Shown: positions 24,957 to 36,241 of the stretch, one piece after another
How the letters are laid out: every line of letters begins with the position of its first letter
How positions within the stretch are numbered: position 1 is the first letter of the stretch
NCBI GenBank assembly: GCA_951406725.2
Contig: OX597827.1
Coordinates: 21,452,001-21,516,000, forward strand
Length of the DNA: 64,000 bases
Direction of reading: 5' to 3'
Source of the DNA: Octopus vulgaris
Taxonomy: Eukaryota
Notes under the pieces: generated by a model
Told to the model about the DNA's origin: nothing
Databases searched by the model: none
The model's input: only the letters and a program-made list of their open reading frames with translations
Program-made: the position numbers and the translations under genes

Positions 24957-25805
24957 ATAAATATGATGATATTTATAAAACTATCTTCAGAATCCATACT
25001 GTGATATCTTACCTGTCGATAAACATTTAAATCAATGCATATAAAATGTTTTGTGATTTATTTTGTGTGTGTGTTTAGTTTAATATTTGATGGCTTAAAA
25101 GCTATTTAGAATAACTTTTAATTAATTATTCATCACTTGCACAAAAGGTGGCAAACTGGCAGAATTGTTAATATGCCAGACAGAATGCTTCATGGCATTT
25201 CAGCCATCTTTATGTCTTAGGTTCAAATTCTGCTGAGGTTAGCTTTGCCTTTCATCCTTTTGGGGTCAATAAAATAAGGACACAAAAAAAAGTTTCAGGC
25301 CTTGTGCCTATTGTAGACAGGATTACAGAGCTGGTCTCAGGCAGGTTGGGACATCAAAAGCGTCGCTTTGCCCCTCATCCCTCTGTACACCCCACACTTC
25401 TAATCCTTGCGATGGAGAACAGAGGCAAACCTCTGACTCTTACCAACTTCTCTGCTCTCCCCATTTTCTCGACTCATGACTCTGACTACTGTACCATTCT
25501 ACCAGCAAGTTGAGAGTCAAGGACTCTTGACAAGTATAGATAACAACAAAGATTGTATTTATCAAAAATTATAAATCTCTTATTGATTTTTTTTTATTAT
25601 TGTCTTCATCCAGCAATTGATTTAAAAAAATGTTATGTAGACATGATAAATCTTATGTAAAAATATGAAACAAATTTAGTTGAATTGTTAAATTTTGTCC
25701 ATGTTGAAATTGTGGAATCAACAAAGAATTAAGTGTAATTAGCTTTTAAATGACTTCTTCATTACAGAACTCTTTAAATTTAAATGGTTTAGGACAATGC
25801 CTTTT

Positions 25806-25962
25806 CTATATGTAGCAAGGCTTTGCATTGGCATTCGGAAGAACAATAAAGCCAAATGTTAATGGTGGTATGAGGACTGGTAGTCTCTGTGGTTTCGGCT
25901 TAAAAGAAGGTAACTGGTTGTTATTTAATAAGTGAAGTGGGATTCCATTTAACTTGACATTC
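25806..25962 (-). CDS. HPSE: Heparanase-like exon 10 (NVKLNG...[17 protein letters not shown])
   Basis: ttttag acceptor; TAG at 25806-25808; AATAAA on - strand at 25593-25598. Confidence 0.93.
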
Positions 25963-28381
25963 CTAAAAAATAAAATACTGAAAGTTTAGAATCGACACAA
26001 GTCAAACCATTGAAAGCATAACTCAACAGAGGCGCTTCTCCAATTTAATTAATTTCCCTCCCGCTTCATTCATAATATTTACATTAATATAGAATTGTAA
26101 TTAAAAGTTAACTTGCTAGAAATAACAACCAAATCTCTCTTAAATCCCATTCTTCTATATTGCTGGTAGCAATGTATCTCCTCCACAGCAAAATCTTGTT
26201 CTGGCCCCTTTCCTTCATACTCTAAACCTTTCATCACCTTAGTACAAAACTGCATCACTCTCTATGGTGGCCCCATTCAGTGGAAAGGGATCTTAGACTT
26301 CTGAATTACTTGACGTCACTAGTGCCAAGGTTATGAGAAAAAAGGCACCCAGTACCCTTTGTAAAGTGGTTGGTGTTGGAAAGGGCATCTGGCCATAGAA
26401 ACCATGTCAAAACAGACAATGGGGCACAATGCAATCCTCTGGCACACTGGACCCAACCCATGGAAGATGAATGTTGACTGCCTCAATTCATCTATTTCTC
26501 AGCTAACAGTATGACCATCCCCATCCCTGCTCTCACTATTACTCACCCACAAGGATTGCATACGAAGAGTTTGATTGAGGATCCTTTCCTACTTACCACT
26601 TGCCTCTGACCCTATGTCTTCACAGTCTCACCAAATTTATCTTTCATTGGCAAAGTGAGATAGGGTGAAAGATCCTAATCAAACAATATTCAATAAACCG
26701 TACAGGCCACAACTTTATCACTCTGCAAGAAAAGATTAAATTGTGTAGCACTTACCTTGACTTGAGACCCATTTCATCTGCAGGTTCCAACAGGTACAAA
26801 TGAACAATTTGGTTACTGTATTTAGGAAAATCAACGGCAACAGTTTTCTTTGAAAATACATTCAGGAAGTAAACAGTCATTGCACCAGGACCATATTTTG
26901 TCCTATGGAAATAAAACACATATATTGAGGTGGTTTATTTGCGAGTCTTTTTCCAATGTGCATGTAGTGGTGTGGTGGTTACATTAGAACCACAGTCAGC
27001 TGTGGTTCTAATGCAAAAGCAGTTTTTATATTATTAGTGCTGGGGATACGTGAGAAGCCAAGTTGATTCTGGTAAGATTTGAACTCGATACATAAAGGAA
27101 CCAAGCTAAATCCTAAACAGTATTCAGTCTGGGTACTCTATCCAAAATAGTTTCATTGTTATAACATGTTAATATTTTGACTTTGATCCAAAAGCTTGGC
27201 ATTTTAGGCAGAAATCATTCTCTATGGCATTGCATCAAACCATATCTCATGAGTGAAATTGCAAAGATGGGAACTATAAAGAAGCCCACCATGTAGATTA
27301 TACCTGGAATTCAAAAGGGTACAACCTTGTCACACTGTGTCAAGCTGAATCTGGCAGAGGATTACATTAGTGCTTAAACCAGTCATATCAGGACCAAAAG
27401 TTCAACATGTTTTACAGGCTAATATATTTTATGTAAGTTTAAATCACAGACTCCTCAGGATATCTTGGATTTCTGCAGTTGAATAGGTCTTTATGTTTAT
27501 TTAGATTTTAATTATTTCTGTGGGAGGCTTTGGAACATAACACCCACGATAGTCGAGGGATTACTGTAAATACATTATATAATTTATAGATAGGTGAAAC
27601 CTGTCCTATTGTGGCCCCTTCTTATACTTTAACCTTTCATCCTGTAGCACTAAGCTGCCCTCCTCTCTACTGTAGCCCCACACAGTTAAAGAGAGTCTTA
27701 ATCATAAAGTGGTGGGCATTAGGAAGGACATTCGTTGATAGAAACCAGGCCAAAGCAGACACTGGAGCACACTGCAGTCTTCAGACCCCTCAGATCATGT
27801 CAGACTGTCCAACCCATGCCAGCATGAAAGATGGACATTAAAACACGACAAGATTGTTTTCTTTAGTTTATAAGTCAGTAAAAGAGAGGCAGCACTTATA
27901 ATAATTTCGGAGCCTCCCACACTGGTGAGACTGAGGTGACCAATATGCAGCCTGAATATCTCCAATTCATTGTCTGCAGGGGACCAGTGGGGTTCTGGTC
28001 AAAATGCTTCTAACAAATATTGGCTTTTAATAAAGTTTTACTATGAGGTGAAGACATTTCTTCTCAAAGACATCTTCACTCTTTTAAATGGATTCTTATG
28101 TTTCTTCATTTTCTTCTTCTTTCCACAGATCTACATTTCCTTAAATCTATTCAGTTGAGAAAATATAGTCATTTATATATTGTTATTAGTTATATATAGT
28201 TATAGGCGCAGGAGCGGCTGTGTGGTTAGTAGCTTGTTTACCAACCACATGGTTCCGGGTTCAGTCCCACTGCGTGGCACCTTGGGCAAGTGTCTTCTAC
28301 TATAGCCTCGGACCGACCAAACCTTGTGAGTGGATTTGGTAGACGGAAACTGAAAGAAGCCCGTCGTATATATGTATATGT

Positions 28382-28424
<43 letters not shown>

Positions 28425-31400
28425 CATGTGAGTTTGTGTGTGTTGTGTGTGTGTGTGCATGTGAGTTTGTATGTCTGTGTTTGTCCCCCAACATCGCATG
28501 ACAGCCAATGCTGGTGTGTTTATGTCCCCGTCACTTAGCAGTACTGGGCTTACAAAGAATAAGTCCTGGGGTCGAGTTGCTCAATTAAAGGCGGTGCTCC
28601 AACATGGCCGCAGTCAAATGACTGAAACAAGTAAAAGAGTAAAAGTTGTTTCTCTGACAGTTTGTGCCAGAGCATGAGAGCTACTGTTGTGACCATCCCG
28701 TCTCTATTGTAAGGAAAAAAGGGTTAAAAACAAAAGATAAAAGAAACTGAGATTACCTTCGTAAGTTGGTACAATGTGTATAAACTCTGAAATGGTTTGT
28801 AGGATCTAAGGCAACAGTTTCAAAAACTGGGCCACCAACCAATGTCTTGAACAAGAGACTCAACCAATAATCCTTAAAAAGAAGAAATATTCAGTCTTTT
28901 ATGGCCTTAACAATTATGATGATGATGATGAATATACCAAACTTTATTATTATTACTATTATTATTTTTTGATTTTGGATTTGGTTTGCAAGATTCTTTA
29001 TATGAGTTCGTGTGTTGAAGCATATTCTGTTGTGTCTGGGGAGAGTCATTCTCTTTTAGTGCCTTATTATTTAACACACTCACCGGTAAAATTTCCACTT
29101 ATTTTGTCTTTTTCTTTTCCTAAAATTTTCGTTGCGTCTTGCAACCTTTTCAATAGTCTTGACTCTGAGTTCAAATTCCGCCAAAGTCGACTTTGCCTTT
29201 CATCCTTTCGGGGTCGATAAATTAAGTACCAGTTACACACTGGGGTCGATGTAATCGACTTAATCCCTTTGTCTGTCCTTGTTTGTCCCCTCTGTGTGTA
29301 GCCCCTTGTGGGCAGTAAAGAAATAAGAAATAATAAAGGGATGACATTGTAGGAATCAGATGTCCAAATTCCTCACTGGTCACAATCCACTTCAACCCTA
29401 CTCTTTCATTTGGGTCCAAATTATTTCTCTATCATCTTGAAGGACTTTTGAGTGGCTTCTTTCAATGTCTTGGTTACTATTTGACAACTACACAGGTCCA
29501 TCAGTTGACTTGTAAGGCTCAAATTGTCTGAAAAGAATGATGCAGACAAAAGTCAAACAGCCGTAACAACTGCTAGATATGCCATGAAGACATTGTTTTA
29601 AATACAATGAAGGCAATATGTGGCCAAGTGGTCAAAGTGTCCAGATTAAGGTCATGAATTTGATACCTAGCAGTGCCTTTTGTCCTTGAGTAAGGTACTC
29701 TATTTCCTATTTCTTTACTACCCACAAGGGGCTACACACAGAGGGGACAAACAAGGACAGACAAACAGATTAAGTCGATTATATCGATCCCAGTGCGTAA
29801 CTGGTACTTATTTAATCGACCCCGAAAGGATGAAAGGCAAAGTCGACCTTGGCAGAATTTGACTCAGAATGTAGCACTAGACGAAATACCTATTTCTTTC
29901 CTACCCACAAGGGGCTAAACACAGAGAGAACAAACAAGGACAGACGAACAGATTAAGTCAATTACATCGACCCCAGTGCGTAACTGGTACTTATTTAATC
30001 AACCCTGAAAGGATGAAAGGCAAAGTCGACCTCGGCAGAATTTGAACTCAGAACATAGCGGCAGACGAAATACCTATTTCTTTATTAAACACAGAGGGGA
30101 CAAACAAGGACAGACATAGGTATTAAGTCGATTACATCGACCCCAGTGCGTAACTGGTGCTTATTTAATCGACCCCGAAAGGCAAAGTTGACCTCAGCGG
30201 AATTTGAACTCAGAACATAGCGGCAGACGAAATACCGCTAAGCATTTCGCCCGGCGCGCTAACGATTCTGCCAGCTCGCCACCTGTATTTCCTCTTGCTC
30301 CAATCCATTCGACTGGCAGAAACGAGTTGTGTTCATATTTGGAAGGGTCAGCTTTGTTGCACTCTGTGTCAGTCTGAATCTCCCTGAGAAACACGTTAAG
30401 GGTAACACATTTCAGAGGAGCACTCAGCCACATAAATGTGGAACCCTCATTGTCGTAACCCAGGGGACTGTCAGTTTTAATTCCTTCAATAACTTACTGG
30501 GTTTGGGTCCAGATTCTTATACTGGATCAGTCCATAGTTTCCACCATAGAAGTCTTGTCTCATCACAATTTCAACTCCGTATTTGGCAGCTAATCCAAGT
30601 TTATCCAACCACCTACAAGATAAAACGTTTAGAAATTAAACTCAACAATTAATTATCAATACTTCTTTGATTATTGACTCTTAATGACTTACAGAATAAA
30701 ATCAATGAGGTTTGTACTTCAGAGAGACAGAAAAGGATTCCTATATAATTTATTCAATCCCTAATAATATAAGAAATATTGATTTCAAATTTTGACACAA
30801 GGCCAGCAACTTCAGGGGAGTGGGGAAGGTCAATTAGATTTACCCCAGTACACAACTGGTACTCATTTTGTTGATCCCAAAAAGATGAAAGGCAAATTCA
30901 AACTTGGCAGAATTTGAACTCAGAACATACAAACATGTGAAACGTCACAAAAACAATTTGTCCAATGTGCTAACGATCCTACCACCTTAATATATTATGT
31001 AACCAATCAATAACAAGGCCAATTAAGCTATTTCTCCATAGATTGAAAACCTTAATTGATTTTTTAAAATCTTATTGTCAGCTGTATGTGCATCAGTTTG
31101 ACAAATTGCAGAGAAACAAGCAGCCAATCTCAAAATATTGATTGATGATTGATGAATGATTTGTATGTAAGCCAAGATAATGCTGAGGGTGTCTGAGAGC
31201 AGAAGAAGTAAAATTTAACAAATTCTGGGAAGAAATCATTGTAATCTTTGTTTAATGAGCAATTAGTTCAACTGATTTGAATTTAAATGCTGTATGAGGT
31301 GGTATCCAAGTTGTTGGATCAGATAATGAAAGTCACAGAGAGGGTCATAGCCCAACTAATTAGGGAGAGAGTCAGTCTAGATGAGATGCAGTTTGGGTTG

Positions 31401-34400
31401 GTGCCAGGGAGAAGCACCACTGGTGCTATATTTCTGGTAAGAAAGCTGAAGGAGAAATACCTAGCCAAAGATAAGCCCCTGTACCTGGATTTCGTTGACA
31501 TGGAGAAAGCCTTTGACAGGGTCCCCCAATCCCTTATCTGGTGGTCAATGTGGAAACTAGGGATAGATGAGTGGTTAGTGAGAGCTGTACAAGCAATGTA
31601 CAGGGGTGGTGTCAGTAAGGTGAAGGTTGGCAACGAGTACAGTGAAGAATTTCGGGGTAGAGGTAGGGGTTCACCAAGGATCAGTTCCCAGCCCCCTCTT
31701 GTTCATCATAGTCTTCCAGGCAGTAGCAGAGGAATCCAAGACAGATTGCCCCTGGGAGCTCCTCTATGCTGGTGACTTTGCTCTAATAGCTGAGTCACTA
31801 TCAGAACTAGAGAAGTTTCAGGTGTGGAAGCAAGGTCTAGAATCGAAAGGCCTTAGGGACAATCTAACAAAAACCAAAGTCTTAATAAGTAGGAAGGCAG
31901 GCAAACCACAAATACCTTCAGGTTGATGGCCCTGCTCGATCTGTAGAAAAGGGGTAGGTAGAAACTCCATAACATGTACCCATTATATGGACATATAAGA
32001 GGTGTAGCAATATCAAAGGAAGGCTAACTGGGAAGACAGATTTTGTGTGCGGAAAATGTACAGGGACAGTAAAAACTGAAAATGTGCAGAAAACAGCTTC
32101 CGTCACATGCCAGGGGCAAAAACTAGAAGTAGTAGATAGCTTCCTTTACCTAGGTGACCAAGTCAGCAGGGCGGTGGGTGCTCTGTGAGTGTAGCTGCAA
32201 AATAAGAATAGCCTGGACAAAGTTCAGAGAGCTCCTACCTCTGCTGGTGACAAAGGGCCTCTCGCTCAGAGTAAAAGGTAGACTGTATGACGCATGTGTG
32301 TGAACAGCCATGCTACATGGCAGTGAATCATGGGCTGTGACTGCTAAGGACATGCATAGGCTTGTAAGAAATGAAGCAAGTATGCTCTGTTGGATGTGTA
32401 ATGTCAGTGTGGATGCACGACAGAGTGTAAGCACCCTGAGAAAAAAGTTGGACATAAAAAGCATCAAATGTGGTGTGCAAAAGAGATGACTGTGCTGGCA
32501 TGGTCAGGTGTTGCATATGAATGAGGACAGCATGAAAAAGTGGCACACCCTAACAGTAGAGGGAACCTATGGAAGAAGTAGACCCAGGAAGACCTGGGAT
32601 GAGGTGGTAAAGCACGGCCTTCGAGCGTTGGGCCTCACAGAGGTAATGACAAGAGACCAAGACCTTTGGAGATATGCTGTGCTTCAGAAGATCTGGCAAG
32701 CCAAGTAAGACCATAACTGTGGCCTATGCCAGTGCAGCATAACCAGCCCATTTAAGAATACCCTTCAATCATTGGGCTAGAAACTGTGCTTACAAAGACC
32801 TTTTGAGTCAAATGAAGTGATTGTCATGGCTGATGCTAGAGACATTGGGAATGCTTCGGCAAGCTTACAGCAATGAGGCAATGGGTCGTACGCAATGTTT
32901 CAAGTGGCACAGGTGCTTCAAAAGTGGAAGAATGTCCCTGGAAGACGACGAAGCAGCCTGGAAGACCTGCCACAAGCATCACTCCTGGAAATGTGGTGTT
33001 GTGCATCAAGAATTCATCCTCCAGAGCCAGACCATCAGTTGAGAATTCTGTTGCATTGTTTCGAAGCATTTGATGGAGGACATTGGGCAAAAGCAACTGG
33101 GTCAGTGGAGTAGAAAGAATTGGATTCTTCATGATGACGATGCACCGGATCTTTTCAGTTTGAACGGCAGTTTTTAACATAATTTCTAGGTAACTAAAAA
33201 ATTTTTAACTTCGTATACTGGTAGAATGTGTTTATAAAACATCTTTTTCTCTTGGCTTTATTGAGAAAATTCTATAGTTTGTAAGATATTTGTTGTTTTT
33301 TTCTTCAATTTCTGCAATTTCAACCAATCAATGACGTCCATTGAGGTGAAAAAACATTCTGTGCCGTATGAATATGTCCCTCGTTTAAGAAACAGATTGG
33401 GTTTATTTACATTTGTGAAGAAAAAAAGATAACCTTCCCCCCACATCTAACCCTAACCCTAAAACAGATTGAAATGCAATAGATCGATACTAGGGTCATA
33501 ATTATGGGTGGCAATTTCATATGACACCGCCAGAGAAAACTGCTGTTCAAACAGAAAAGATCCCGATGCACCTTGTCACCAAGCTCTCCTCATTCATGAG
33601 TTTCTTACCAAAAACGACATGGTATCACTCCTGCACCTGTCCTATTCCCCAGATTTAGCACCTGCAGACTTCCATCTCTGCCCCAAGATAAAAATGCAGC
33701 TCAAAGGTCACCAGTTTAATACTGGTGTCGAGATCAAGATCAAATCGCTGAAGGTCTTTGTCTCGCTTATGAAAAACAAGTTCCATGATGGATTCCAGAA
33801 GTAACAGGAATGCTGGGACTGGTGTGTTGCTGTACAAGGGGACTATTTCAAAGGAGATGAGGTTGAAACTTAAGTAAATAAGTTAATTTTTTTATCAAAC
33901 ATAACCAGTCCAGGGAGCTTTTGATACCACATTGTCCTCATCGCCATTTAACATTTGTTTTCCATTCTGACATAGGTTGAATGGTTTGATAGAGTCCAAG
34001 GAGCTGCAGAGCTGTGATAGACCCCCAATATCAGCTTTTCTGGGTGCTTTTCTCATGATACAAGTACTAGTGAGGTCGCTAAGTAACTTGCAAGACAAAG
34101 TAAGGAGCTGTAACAATAATAATAATAATAATGTAATGTATATAGAACCGGATATAGATGTAACATTAGAATAGAGATGCCGTAATACTAGAAACATCCA
34201 ATAATAACAGAAAGTGGAAGCAGTTGAAAAGATATTTCTATGAAAATCATTAAAATTACTTAATGGGGAGATGTGACCTGAAAATAAAAAATGGAAAATC
34301 AAAATAAGGGAAAGGACAGTTTTAAGCACTAAATTTTTGTGGGTTTCAACCATTCAGCTGTGGCCATGCTTGAGCACCACTTGTTGTTGTTTAGTATTAA

Positions 34401-36182
34401 GTCATTCCTGACCTATGATCAAAGTTATTCCAGCCATGACCATCCCATAGTTTTACAAGTTTGTTGGATAGCATTATCTAATGAGAGACAATTAGCTATT
34501 GTTTTTAGCAGACTCAGCAAGAATGTGAAAATTCTCTTGTCGATTCCATACTTGGTTTTTATATGGCACACCTTTAGTCTGTTTTAGTTGCTACAGCTGA
34601 GGCCATGCTGGAGCACTGCTTTCAATGAATGCCAATAATAAAAAGAGAATAAATAGAAAAATTACTAGAAATCTTAAAAAAACAACTTACAAAAATCCAG
34701 CAACATATGAATTCGAGACGTTAGCAGCACCAGAATCCCAGGCTGCACTTGTTTCTCCAAGCCAAAGTTTCTTTCCTGGAGCATGGTTTCTCAAAATATC
34801 ATTGGCTGAAGCAAGTTCCTTTTCCAAATAGTCCATAACTGCTACATCGTAAAACTGCGAAAGTTTGGCATATTTACCATCAAGATAATATCTGGAAGAA
34901 AACAGGAACGTTTAAGAAGCTGTTTCAGTTTATTGCAATGAAAAGGACAAGGAGCTTAATTAAACCATTTTTACTCAACGAGAATATCTCTTAATTAAAG
35001 TAGGGAGATGTAACAGGAAACAAACTTGGCATTATACAAGAATTGATTAACAAGAAATCATCATCATCATCATCATCATGACAATAGATAATGAGAATTC
35101 TTGAGAGCAATGCAATGCAATGCAGACAACAATGTGTCACTGTGTGTGTGTGTGGGTGAGTGAGTGAGTGAGAGTGGGTGTGTGTGTGAGAGAGAGAAAG
35201 TGAGTGAAAGTGTGTGTGTGAGAGAGAGAGAGAGAGTGAGTGTGTGTGTGAGAGAATGAGTGGGTGTGTATGTGTGTGTGAGAGAGAGAGAATGTGTGAG
35301 TGGGTGTGTGAGAGAATGGGTGTGTGTGTGAGTGTGAGAGAGTGGGTGTGTGTGCACATGTGCGTTTGTGTGTGTGAGAGAGAGAGTGCATGTGCATGTG
35401 TGTGTGTGTGATAGAGAGAGAGAGAGAGTGTGTGTGTGTGTGTGAGAGAGAGAGTGGGTGGGTGTGTATGTGTGTGTGATAGAGAGAGAGAGAGTGGGTG
35501 TGTGTGTGCACATGTGCGTGTGTTTGTGAGTGAGCCATTAGTTACCTACGCATCCAGAGGACTGTTAAAGTAGGGTTGAAACTAACCGATGACAATAGCA
35601 TCATCATCATCATCATCATCAACATCAACAACAATAGTCAGTCCACAATGAACCTTCTAGAAGGTCACTCGACCTGCTGTATATATATATATATGAATAA
35701 ATAAATAAATGGAGTTGAATGAAGATGTTAATAAAATTCCTTTACTTTCAACATATGTTTCGAAGACAACATGGTTTTATTCCAAAGGAATAAACGGTGT
35801 AAGATGCAATCTTCTCATCAGGAAAGAAAGGGAGCCTCTCTCAACAACAAGACAATACAATAATTACGAGGACTGCCTACATGATAAACAAAACCATGTT
35901 GACGGTAAACATAGGATAATTCATTCACCCATCGATATATATATATATACTTTATTTAAAAGCAGCAGAAATATAACAAAAGCTGTTACTTGGAGTTTCA
36001 CGTTCCCGTTCGTCGGACAGTTTTGTTAAAATAGAACCGAAACTGTCCGACGAACGGGAACGTGAAACTCCAAGTAACAGCTTTTGTTATATTTCTGCTG
36101 CTTTTAATTAAAGCATATTACTCTACCTCTGGTATTTGAGTACTCTTTTTTCCACCTTGTTTCACATTTATGTGCTAACTCC

Positions 36183-36241
<59 letters not shown>

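Noticed and set aside
33446-33462. Telomeric repeat suggesting a chromosome end or fusion
   Set aside because: Two to three units only, inside a MITE bounded by TIRs and a TSD
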